DNA of 64,000 nucleotides from a virus: IMG/VR virus record IMGVR_UViG_3300045988_168162, positions 64,001 to 128,000 of that record; one strand, 5' to 3'. Shown piece by piece: positions 44,408 to 52,875 of this stretch (position 1 is its first letter; each line of letters starts with the position of its first letter). The notes under the pieces were generated by a model. It saw only the letters and a program-made list of their open reading frames with translations, ran no database searches and was not told where the DNA came from. The position numbers and the translations under genes were made by a program.

Positions 44408-45046
44408 TTCAATCCATTGGGCATGTGTTTCATCAATTACTAGAACATCACAGCTCTCGCTAATTGATTGCAACCAGCCGTTATAATATTGCAATTTGGA
44501 TGCTGTAGCGTTTATAAAACGCAGGTAATTTACACCTTCTTGAAGTGAAAATAAAAGACAATTAGAATTTATTTGCTGTTGTGACATAAGCTCAAGTGCT
44601 ATTTTATTATCTCCTATTGCACTTATGCATATCCCATTTTCGTTTGTAATTTCTTCTATTTTATCGTCTACCAGCGTTGTTTGAAACACTTCACATATAC
44701 CATTTTTTACTGCTGCACCGATCATAATTATATTTTGGCTTGTTGCATGTATTTTCAATTCAGTTTTCAAAGCACTTAGTTCTTCTTGAATAGAAATAGA
44801 CGAGGCTGAAAGGCTAAGAAGAAATTTCTTTATTATAGCAGATATTGGTGAACCGTCATCAGCTATAAGATTCCCTGTGTATGCTATTCCGTGTCCACTT
44901 TTAGTTGTAAACACTTTTTGTTGGTAATTCAAAGATGAATAAAGAAGTGCTTGTCCATCTGGCGTTGGTTTTGGATTTAGCGTAAGCCGCTTGTCTGCTG
45001 TCATTACAATTCCATATTGGTTTGCTAATACAAGTACAAGAGACAT
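44387..45046 (-). CDS. proteasome-beta/HslV-like Ntn-hydrolase-fold protein
   Basis: N-terminus MSLVLVLANQYGIVMTADKR resembles TTIVxxxxxxGVVLAADxR: Ser2 as the nucleophile position, Asp18 (= D17 after Met removal), later QQKVF lysine. Confidence 0.4.
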   Translation of the reverse strand: MSLVLVLANQYGIVMTADKRLTLNPKPTPDGQALLYSSLNYQQKVFTTKSGHGIAYTGNLIADDGSPISAIIKKFLLSLSASSISIQEELSALKTELKIHATSQNIIMIGAAVKNGICEVFQTTLVDDKIEEITNENGICISAIGDNKIALELMSQQQINSNCLLFSLQEGVNYLRFINATASKLQYYNGWLQSISESCDVLVIDETHAQWIESPEILS

Positions 45047-45067
45047 ATAGTATTCATCCCTTTTTAA

Positions 45068-45610
45068 TTACCATTCATACCCACAATGGTTGCAGTGGAA
45101 CTGATGCTTGATCTTCTGGCTAAAGATACCCAGCATCAGGAAATTGCCAGCCTTTTGAGTGACCGTAATTGGTTTGATGTCTGTGCTATGACATGTAGGG
45201 CAACGTGGACGAGTAGCTTCGCGTTCTGTACGTTCACGCTCGCGGCGGGCTTGGGATTCTTGCTGTGTATTCTGTTGTTGCTTTTCTTTTAATTGTCTTG
45301 TTCTAACATCAAACAATCCTTTGTTGAAGTCGGAACTATTATACACATAAATATTTCTTAGATACTCATCAATAATTGGACTCTCTGTTTCGTTGTCTAT
45401 GTTCGCAATTGTATACTCTCTTTTGGAGATTTCTTTAAGTATCTGGTTTTCGCTTTTTGATAGAATTTCACAGAACTGTTGTTGTGTTAATAATTTTATT
45501 TTTGGATTATGACAAAACCAACATTCATGTTTTTCATCCTGATCCATTGCAGTAACATCCCCACAGATTGTACATATAGACATTTGGAGAGAGTTAAGAT
45601 AATCGTCCAT
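45068..45610 (-). CDS. double zinc-ribbon protein with a Q/E/R-rich linker
   Basis: CTICG...CWFCH at the N-terminus; CPTCHS...CNHCGYEW at the C-terminus. Confidence 0.5.
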   Translation of the reverse strand: MDDYLNSLQMSICTICGDVTAMDQDEKHECWFCHNPKIKLLTQQQFCEILSKSENQILKEISKREYTIANIDNETESPIIDEYLRNIYVYNSSDFNKGLFDVRTRQLKEKQQQNTQQESQARRERERTEREATRPRCPTCHSTDIKPITVTQKAGNFLMLGIFSQKIKHQFHCNHCGYEW

Positions 45611-45628
45611 TTTATTCTCCTTTTATAC

Positions 45629-46060
45629 TTAATGCGTTATTATGAATAAACCGCCAACAAGCAGAATCAGAATGCCGACGCCACTATCGGCAGCAGACAT
45701 CGAACCCGTAAGCAACGCTAAAATTAAATAAGGAATCCCGATGATTGCCAAAATCATTATCAACCAAGTAAGGCAGCCAATAAAGTCCTTGCCGATATCA
45801 GATCTAATGTCGTCTTGTTCTCCCTTGTTTGGCGGATTGTATTGGGAATGCTGCGGCCTGTTTGTGGCTTTTGGACACTGAACCGGATTTTGTGATGTCT
45901 GAGTTTTAGGCTGTGGCATAGGAGTGTTTGTCGATGATGCATGAGTTGCATTGCTGTTTGGTTCGTTCTCCGAAAAGTTCCGATCAAATGCCTGCTTATA
46001 ATGAACATACCCATCAATGCCCTTGCCAAAGTAGCCGTAATCATCCTGTTTGCCTGCCAT
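45629..46060 (-). CDS. membrane protein (polar N-terminal half, two C-terminal TM helices)
   Basis: GGAGGG SD; LTWLIMILAIIGIPYLILALL and GVGILILLVGGLFII. Confidence 0.5.
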   Translation of the reverse strand: MAGKQDDYGYFGKGIDGYVHYKQAFDRNFSENEPNSNATHASSTNTPMPQPKTQTSQNPVQCPKATNRPQHSQYNPPNKGEQDDIRSDIGKDFIGCLTWLIMILAIIGIPYLILALLTGSMSAADSGVGILILLVGGLFIITH

Positions 46061-46102
46061 GATAATCCCTCCGTCCCAAACACAAATTATAACCTTACAA
46101 CG

Positions 46103-46111
46103 ATTATATCA
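46103..46111 (-). promoter_or_regulatory. extended -10 (TGATATAAT) for the minus-strand three-gene operon
   Basis: The reverse complement of ATTATATCA lies about 45 nt upstream of the 46060 start; the -35 is weak. Confidence 0.35.
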
Positions 46112-46122
46112 CACTACTATCG

Positions 46123-49100
46123 TTGGAACAAGTGATCTTGAATCTTTTGAATATGTTTGGTACTGGTAAGAATGTCAACACTGGCAATACATATATGACA
46201 TTCTTGGGTAAGGAAGCATTGACTGCTCGTGATGATGTTAAAGCCGTCATTAACGAAGTCGAAAAGCTAAAGAATGCTGCCGGCCAAAGTATCTCTATTA
46301 ACGATACTGCTGGAATTTGGGGCGCGTTTTTGCTTGGAAAGAACAATCAGAATTATGACTTTTCAAAAAGCTTAGGCAACGACATAATTGCTCTACGGGC
46401 ATACCTGGATGACGTAACGAATAAGGGGATGTCTGCGGCGGATGCCTTAAATGATGTACAGGTATCTGTATCTGGTACAACGGTTGAATTTGAAGATTTT
46501 GCTAAGAGTATAGACACTACAGGCATGCATTTTGACCAAGCGGCCTCTATTTATATTCCTGCATTTATAAAGCAACTGACCAGTGCCGTCACAATTACAA
46601 CGGTAATGAAGGGCGTCCTCAAAGGGCTTGTTGGCATTATTGGAAATCTTGCCGTTGCTGCCGTTGCATCTTTGGCTATGGGTGCATTGATAAAAGCTGC
46701 AGAAAAGGCTGGCGAAGTTCTTCATAATTTCAAAGATAATACTTTCGGAAAATCTCTTGAAGAACAAAAAGAGCAGATTGACGAAATGGGGCAGGCACTG
46801 GACAATACGGCCAGCTCTATTGATTCCTACAAATCAAAAATTACAGACCTGAAAGATTCTATCGACAGTGGCACACTCAGTGAGCAGGAAGCTTATCAGG
46901 CACGCAAGGATCTGCTAGAAATACAGGATGAGCTGATTCAAAAATATCCTGAAGAAGCGTCTGGTATTGATCTGCTAAATGGCAGTCTGGAAACACAACT
47001 CGACTTGTTAAATGGTATTACTGAGGCAAAAGCTCGTGCTTATCTCTCTGAAAATAATGATATAATTCAGAAATCTTATGAGGAGATGACAAAGCAGCGC
47101 ACCTATAAATCTACCGGCTTTGATAATTATCTTGAAGCTGATAGCAATGACATGTCTGAAATCGAAAAGATTGCTCAGAAATATGCGGACAAAGGACTGG
47201 CATTTGCTCAATATGGTTCTGAAAAGAATGGTAAGGCGCGTTACGATATTGAAGTGACTGCGGATGTTTCGCAGGCCAAAGATGCTATTGATGATTTTTA
47301 TAACGACGTACAAAAAAGTAATCTTATAAGTGACGATGCAAAAGAAGCCTTATCTTCTCGTTTGTCGCAGTGGAGCAATGAAGCAAAAGGCATAGTTGAC
47401 GAGTATGGTGATTACGCAAAACAAGCGGCCAAGTATGAAATTCAACTGAATGACACTTGGTCCAAGACTTACTCCGACCTTGAAGAAGCCCAGGAAACCT
47501 ACAATGATGCCGTTGCCAAGAATGACGATAAGGCCATTGCGGCGGCACTGAAAAAGGTCAAGGCCGCTCAGGACGAATTTGCCAATACTGATATTGACAA
47601 TAGCTTTGTGCAGCAGTATATGCAGGCGCAGGCGGATCAGTTGGACAGTGCTACGAAACTACAGGCTGTTCAGGCCGGACTTTCTGAAACCTTTAAGGGT
47701 ACCACCTCCAACTACAAGTCTCTGAATGATTATCTTGATGTTACAGATCACAAAGCTGAACAGCTTACCGACAGTATCACTTATAATCTGAATGAACTTA
47801 AAGGTCTGGATGATATTGATATCCTTAACATTGGCAGCCTCGAAAAAGCAGGATCTGCATCTAAAAATTATACAGACGAACAAATTGCCTCGTATAATCG
47901 TTTAAAAGGCGTAGCAGATCAGCTTGGCGTTTCCATGGATGACCTAATTGATATTTTTGTCAAGATTGGTCTCGTAACTAGCGACAATATCAAGTATACC
48001 AACGAGTTTACCAGCTCCGCGTTGACCATGGCAACTGCAGCTAGCAAGGCTATATCCAGTGTTACTTCTATCCTGAATTCGCAGGGAACTGGCGTTAATG
48101 TTGATGCCGATTCTTACAGCGAACTGATCAAGGATAATGCTGAATACGCGGCCGCACTGCAATACAGCAACGGCACCATGCAGCTGAACCGCGAGATGGC
48201 ACAGCAGCTTACCGAAGCAAAAGTAAAAGAGTCTGAGGCTTATATCAAGGTGGCTTACAGCCAGAACCAGGTCAAGTATGAGAAGGTTAAGAATGACCTA
48301 TCCTATTACACAGATGAAGTTCGTAAATCCATAGAAGCTGACGCAGACAAGTTGAAGCAGTTTGACGAAGAAAAGGCTGCACTGGAAAGCCAGAGCCAAG
48401 CACTTCGTGACAATTGCCGTAGTTTGCAGATGCAGTACTCGGCTTTGATGCAGGCGAGTAGTGCCTACCAGGATTGGTTGAACGCACAGAATGCTACTGA
48501 ATCCGGCGACATGTACGACAGCGCCATTGAAGCAAAGAAAGCTTTGGCCGAAGGACTGAAGAACGGCAAAATTGGCACGGTCAAGTGGCAGGCTGCTTCC
48601 GAGTTTTTGATCCCGGATGACTACGAGGGGACAGCTGCTGAATACATCAAGAAATTGAATCGCTACTTTAAGCAGGCCAGCGATGGTTCTGATGATGGTT
48701 CCGGCATCAACAACTTTATCACGGATAGCCTGAAGGCCGGGCTGATGAAGCAAGAGAGTGATGGCTCTATTAAGATCCTGGCAGACAAGACCACGGAAGA
48801 TTTTGCAAAAGAGCTGAAACTTTCGCCAGATGCTGTGCAATCTATCTTTGGTGAGATGCAGGAGTATGGCTGGACCTTTGACTGGGGCAGCATGCTTGGC
48901 GACCCAATCACTAACTATAAAATGCAGCTGGACGACATTAAAGACCAGATGGCAGACCTTGAGCCGGATAGTGAAGCGTGGCAGGTTCTGGATGCCAGGG
49001 CAGAAGAGTTAGAGAGTGCTCTGGATGGGCTGTACCAGCGCAGCGGACTTGACCAGCTTGCCGATACGGTACAGCAAGCGAAAGACAATGGCGTTGAGCT

Positions 49101-51918
49101 AAGCGAAAGCGCCCAGCAGGCAGCCGATGCACTTGATTCTGCGGGTCGTGTGCAGAATGAGCTGGATATCTATGACAAACAGCAAGAGATCAATGAACAG
49201 CAGCAGAATCTGACCAATACTTCTGATTTTGAAAATCTGGCAAAGCTTAACCAGGAAATGACTGAACTTTTACAAAAGCGTCAGCAAATGGGTGAGCCTA
49301 CAGATACTGAAATTGAACTGTATTTGAACCAGCACGCGGATGCCAACGGCGATATACCCAGTGATGTCGTTGAAAAGATGAAAAATGCTGGTGTTATCAA
49401 AGTTGATACAGAAGCTGATAAGTCGCAACTTGAACAGGCTTCTGATGAACTAGATGCTTTAAATGGTAAGGCAAAAACTCCTGTTAAGGTAACTGTCAAT
49501 TCTTCTGATGCTATGACGAAGATTAGCAATCTTGGTACAGCTATAGCCAATCTTATCAAAGACTACACTATCAATATCAAGGTAAATCAGAGCAGTTCTA
49601 ATTCTGGCTCTAGCGGAAAGAACCAAAAATCGACTCCGTATGTAGCGCAATATCACGGCATCAATGGTGCTTATGGTGGTGCCTTTGCCGGTGGCCGTAC
49701 ACTGGTTGGTGAACTTGGTAACGAGTTAGTTGTGAACCCGCATAGCGGCAAATGGTATACTGTTGGTGATAATGGCGCTGAGTTTGTAGACCTGCCTAAA
49801 GATGCTATTGTATTTGACCATAGCAAAACGAAGAAGTTGCTCGATCAGGGCTTTATTGGCGGACGCGGTGTTGCGCTGGCTTCTGGTACGGCCATGGATT
49901 CCGGCAGTCCGGGTAGGGGCAGTTATGTCGGCGGCAATGGTTACAAGGTTGGCCAAGACCCGCGGGTCAAGAGTACATACAAAGCAACTACTGCATCTAC
50001 CAAGGCGACCAAGGACAATACCACCGCACTGGAAGAAAACAAAAAGGCACTTGAAAAGCAAAAAACGGCGCTTGAAAAGCAGAAGGATGCCCTTGAAAAG
50101 GAATCCAACAAGCTGAAAATCTATGGCCAAGCAGCCATTAACGAAATCGAAAAGCGTATTACTGCCCTTAATAAAGAAAAGGATGCGCAGGACAAGGTCT
50201 ACGAAAGCCAGATCAAAGAACTTGAAAAGCGCAAAGAGGCGTTGCAGAAAGCCAATGACGAGGAAGACCGCGCTATTAAGCTGGCCGAGTTGCAGGATGC
50301 TTTGGAAAAAGCCAAGGCCAACCGCACTGTACGTATCTACAATAAAAACGAAGGTTTTGTATGGCGTGCAGACCAACAGGCTGTAAGTGATGCACAGAAT
50401 GACCTGGATGATCAGAAGCGACAGTGGAAAAATGATGATATTCTGCAGGCTGTTGATGATGAAATTGAGCGCATTAACAATCTGAAAGATGCTTATGACG
50501 AGTCTATCGAAGCCCAAATCGACGACCTTGATAACATGAAGGAGAAGTGGGACGAGGTTATCAGCCTGATTGGCACAAGTTGGGAGTATTATCAGGCACA
50601 GCTTGCCGCGGCGGCTGAGTTTAATGGTATGAGCCTTGATGGAATGGCCGGTGCGTTGGACGGCTACAAGGACGATGTTATTGCCAACATGAAAGCAATT
50701 GGTGATACGTCTGCGGAGATTGACCGTGTGACCGAGGCCATTGACGCCTTTGAGGAAGCATCCAGTAAGAGCGGCGGCTCTGGTAGCGGCGGTAGCGATG
50801 CGCCGGAAAGTTTTGGCATTGACGATGGCAGCACCATTGGCGATGGTCTGTTTGATGGGCTTAGTGACAGTGCAAAAGCAGCCAAAGAGGAACTGGACAA
50901 ACTGCTGGAGAGATACGAAGATCTTGGCGACCGCAATGAAGGGCTATCTGAAAGCCAGCTTGCTCTTGTAGACTCTATCTCCCAAATGACCGTCGGTACG
51001 AAAGAGTACAGCATGGCCAACATGGAGTTGAGTGATATACAGAGCATTGTTGGCGATAGATATACCGAGATGGGCGATCTGGCTGAGCAGTACCGTGAGT
51101 CTGTACTTACTAACAACGAGTTGACGTGGGAGCAGAAGGATGCGCTGCTGAGCAGTTTCGATGAGATTGTGGCGTCTTACAGCACGGGCTATGACACCAT
51201 CGGCGGCCTGATGCAGAACTACATGGACACACTTGTCAGCAACACGGAGTTGTCCACTGCTGACTATCAGGCGCAGATGGATGCCCTTGTGGCTTTTGCC
51301 GACCAGCATGGTGTCAGCTACGATTCCATAATTCAATACCTGTATAACACAGAGGCAGAATTGCGGAATACTGGTGCTACCACGGAAGAAATTAGTAGCG
51401 CTATGTCGTCTGCGGTTTCTGCTGCGTGTTCGGCTATGAATGCAAGCTACGATAGCGTGATTGCGAAACTTGTTGAACTGAAAAAGCAACAGGCAGCCAT
51501 GAACGCTGTTAAGGGTGCTGCTGGTGGAATCAATGCGAATACTGTTGCTCGTTATGCCACTGGCGTTATCGGCGCAGCCACTACCCATATTGCCATTACT
51601 GACGAGCAAGGCCCTGAAATTAAGTTGCGCAAACCGGCTGCTGGCAACTACAGTCTTGTCGAGCGTGGCACTAGCATTATTCCGGCAGAACCGAGTGCGA
51701 ATATCTGGAAAATGGGACTTGACCCGGAGCAGTTTATCAGCCAGCACATGCCGCAGCGCAGCATTAAGAGCGTAGAGATTACGCAGCCGGATGCAAGCGG
51801 TGTGAGTGTAAGCGTTGGCGATATCCAGATGTATGGTGTGAACGATGTTGAGAGCTTTGGCCGCGTGATTCATGAGCGTGTTGGTACGATTTTTGCCCAG
51901 GAGTTTAGCCGACGCTAA
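46123..51918 (+). CDS. tape measure protein, C-terminal part
   Basis: Hydrophobic segments, a very long coiled coil, and a C-terminal motif GGRTLVGELGNELVVNPHSGKWYTVGDNGAEFVDLPKDAIVFDH typical of tape measure proteins. No SD before any candidate start; the frame opens at 46093. Confidence 0.75.
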   Translation: MEQVILNLLNMFGTGKNVNTGNTYMTFLGKEALTARDDVKAVINEVEKLKNAAGQSISINDTAGIWGAFLLGKNNQNYDFSKSLGNDIIALRAYLDDVTNKGMSAADALNDVQVSVSGTTVEFEDFAKSIDTTGMHFDQAASIYIPAFIKQLTSAVTITTVMKGVLKGLVGIIGNLAVAAVASLAMGALIKAAEKAGEVLHNFKDNTFGKSLEEQKEQIDEMGQALDNTASSIDSYKSKITDLKDSIDSGTLSEQEAYQARKDLLEIQDELIQKYPEEASGIDLLNGSLETQLDLLNGITEAKARAYLSENNDIIQKSYEEMTKQRTYKSTGFDNYLEADSNDMSEIEKIAQKYADKGLAFAQYGSEKNGKARYDIEVTADVSQAKDAIDDFYNDVQKSNLISDDAKEALSSRLSQWSNEAKGIVDEYGDYAKQAAKYEIQLNDTWSKTYSDLEEAQETYNDAVAKNDDKAIAAALKKVKAAQDEFANTDIDNSFVQQYMQAQADQLDSATKLQAVQAGLSETFKGTTSNYKSLNDYLDVTDHKAEQLTDSITYNLNELKGLDDIDILNIGSLEKAGSASKNYTDEQIASYNRLKGVADQLGVSMDDLIDIFVKIGLVTSDNIKYTNEFTSSALTMATAASKAISSVTSILNSQGTGVNVDADSYSELIKDNAEYAAALQYSNGTMQLNREMAQQLTEAKVKESEAYIKVAYSQNQVKYEKVKNDLSYYTDEVRKSIEADADKLKQFDEEKAALESQSQALRDNCRSLQMQYSALMQASSAYQDWLNAQNATESGDMYDSAIEAKKALAEGLKNGKIGTVKWQAASEFLIPDDYEGTAAEYIKKLNRYFKQASDGSDDGSGINNFITDSLKAGLMKQESDGSIKILADKTTEDFAKELKLSPDAVQSIFGEMQEYGWTFDWGSMLGDPITNYKMQLDDIKDQMADLEPDSEAWQVLDARAEELESALDGLYQRSGLDQLADTVQQAKDNGVELSESAQQAADALDSAGRVQNELDIYDKQQEINEQQQNLTNTSDFENLAKLNQEMTELLQKRQQMGEPTDTEIELYLNQHADANGDIPSDVVEKMKNAGVIKVDTEADKSQLEQASDELDALNGKAKTPVKVTVNSSDAMTKISNLGTAIANLIKDYTINIKVNQSSSNSGSSGKNQKSTPYVAQYHGINGAYGGAFAGGRTLVGELGNELVVNPHSGKWYTVGDNGAEFVDLPKDAIVFDHSKTKKLLDQGFIGGRGVALASGTAMDSGSPGRGSYVGGNGYKVGQDPRVKSTYKATTASTKATKDNTTALEENKKALEKQKTALEKQKDALEKESNKLKIYGQAAINEIEKRITALNKEKDAQDKVYESQIKELEKRKEALQKANDEEDRAIKLAELQDALEKAKANRTVRIYNKNEGFVWRADQQAVSDAQNDLDDQKRQWKNDDILQAVDDEIERINNLKDAYDESIEAQIDDLDNMKEKWDEVISLIGTSWEYYQAQLAAAAEFNGMSLDGMAGALDGYKDDVIANMKAIGDTSAEIDRVTEAIDAFEEASSKSGGSGSGGSDAPESFGIDDGSTIGDGLFDGLSDSAKAAKEELDKLLERYEDLGDRNEGLSESQLALVDSISQMTVGTKEYSMANMELSDIQSIVGDRYTEMGDLAEQYRESVLTNNELTWEQKDALLSSFDEIVASYSTGYDTIGGLMQNYMDTLVSNTELSTADYQAQMDALVAFADQHGVSYDSIIQYLYNTEAELRNTGATTEEISSAMSSAVSAACSAMNASYDSVIAKLVELKKQQAAMNAVKGAAGGINANTVARYATGVIGAATTHIAITDEQGPEIKLRKPAAGNYSLVERGTSIIPAEPSANIWKMGLDPEQFISQHMPQRSIKSVEITQPDASGVSVSVGDIQMYGVNDVESFGRVIHERVGTIFAQEFSRR

Positions 51919-52003
51919 GTTATAAGGTGTTTTGAAAGGTAAGGAACGGTGATTTCGCCGTTGGGTGTGATGAACACCGGGTTAGAGGTGGGTATAAAAT
52001 AGT

Positions 52004-52041
52004 GCCCTAGGGATCGTGTTTCTGGGGCTTTTTGTTTTTTT
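52004..52041 (+). terminator. rho-independent terminator
   Basis: GCCCTAG / CTGGGGC stem, then TTTTTGTTTTTTT. Confidence 0.55.
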
Positions 52042-52055
52042 ATGGAGAAGAACCC

Positions 52056-52319
52056 ATGAATAGTGTTGATGTAGAAGCGCTGCGGGAATTGGCAGCGCAG
52101 ATCAAGCGGCACTGTGAGCGGCTGATGATGCGGGCAAGTTTTGACCGAACATCGGTTGGGCAGGTGACTGCAGTAGGGGAGGATGGTACTTATACGGTAG
52201 CAGCCTTTGGCGGCAGTTATGTTTTGCCATACAAGGAAAAACTGACTGTTGGTGCCGTTGTGCGTGTGAAGGTGCCCCAAAATAACTGGAAAGAAATTTA
52301 CATTGAGTCGGTTGCATAA
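52056..52319 (+). CDS. hypothetical protein (87 aa)
   Basis: GGAGAAG SD. Confidence 0.45.
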   Translation: MNSVDVEALRELAAQIKRHCERLMMRASFDRTSVGQVTAVGEDGTYTVAAFGGSYVLPYKEKLTVGAVVRVKVPQNNWKEIYIESVA

Positions 52320-52358
52320 AAAAATACGCAGCTGTGATAAACACTGGCCGCGTTACTA

Positions 52359-52387
52359 TTGACAATACTTGAATTTGATTTTATAAT
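52359..52387 (+). promoter_or_regulatory. consensus promoter for the antisense RNA
   Basis: TTGACA, 17 nt spacer, TATAAT. Confidence 0.6.
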
Positions 52388-52394
52388 AATAATA

Positions 52395-52505
52395 GAGCTA
52401 AGGAGCCGAGACATAGACGGCCACCTCAGTTCGATATGTACATAATGGCTATACCATCATAGCACAAGACCGTTCTGGTTGCGACAGGGCGGTCTTACTT
52501 TTTAT
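52395..52505 (+). ncRNA. candidate antitoxin sRNA (about 110 nt) convergent with the toxin mRNA
   Basis: Starts after the consensus promoter and ends at AGACCG..CGGTCT plus a T-run; overlaps the toxin ORF 3' end by about 50 nt. Confidence 0.5.
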
Positions 52506-52599
52506 CACGAAAAAACGCGATAACGGCTATGATAGTTCCAATGCCGGAGAAAAGACAACCAAGGATAGAAGTCCAATCAGAGACAGAAAGATCTTTCAT
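52456..52599 (-). CDS. type I toxin-like small hydrophobic peptide (47 aa)
   Basis: AGGAGGTG SD 7 nt upstream; MKDLSVSDWTSILGCLFSGIGTIIAVIAFFRDKKVRPPCRNQNGLVL; found by hand. Confidence 0.55.
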
Positions 52600-52763
52600 T
52601 GCACATCACCTCCTGATAAATAAATTTACCGGAAGGCAAAAGTAGTGCTGGCTCCACATTTACCTTACTGGTATATGGGAGATGACCGCCTATACGTCTA
52701 TGGAGGACGGGAATGATCGATGAAGTTCCCAGGTTCGACGCTCGGCTCCTTAACTCTGTTATT

Positions 52764-52792
52764 ATTATAGTATCTATGTAAAATATTGTCAA
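52764..52792 (-). promoter_or_regulatory. consensus promoter for the toxin mRNA (long 5' UTR)
   Basis: On the minus strand: TTGACA, 17 nt spacer, TATAAT; about 155 nt leader. Confidence 0.6.
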
Positions 52793-52809
52793 TTGAATAC
52801 TGACTTTAT

Positions 52810-52856
52810 GCCGCTTAGTCCTGCTGTGGGACTGGGCGGCTTTTTGTTTTTTTTAT
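52810..52856 (+). terminator. rho-independent terminator
   Basis: 12 bp stem GCCGCTTAGTCC / GGACTGGGCGGC, then TTTTTGTTTTTTTT. Confidence 0.6.
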
Positions 52857-52875
52857 AAGAAAGAGGTGATGGAAA

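Noticed and set aside
42360-46122. Group I or group II intron as the element splitting the tape measure gene
   Set aside because: There is no GUGYG 5' end, no domain V-like hairpin near the 3' boundary, and no reverse transcriptase or homing endonuclease. The gap also carries an antisense three-gene operon with its own promoter, which is atypical for introns. This cannot be excluded without Rfam/Infernal scans or RNA-seq.
52359-52792. The roughly 50 bp inverted repeats around the small toxin ORF as terminal inverted repeats of a MITE-like element
   Set aside because: Conservation is confined to the -35 box, the -10 box and the first 23 transcribed nt, while the 17 nt spacers differ. This fits duplicated promoter and 5' RNA function better than transposase-binding ends. 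No target-site duplication was seen.
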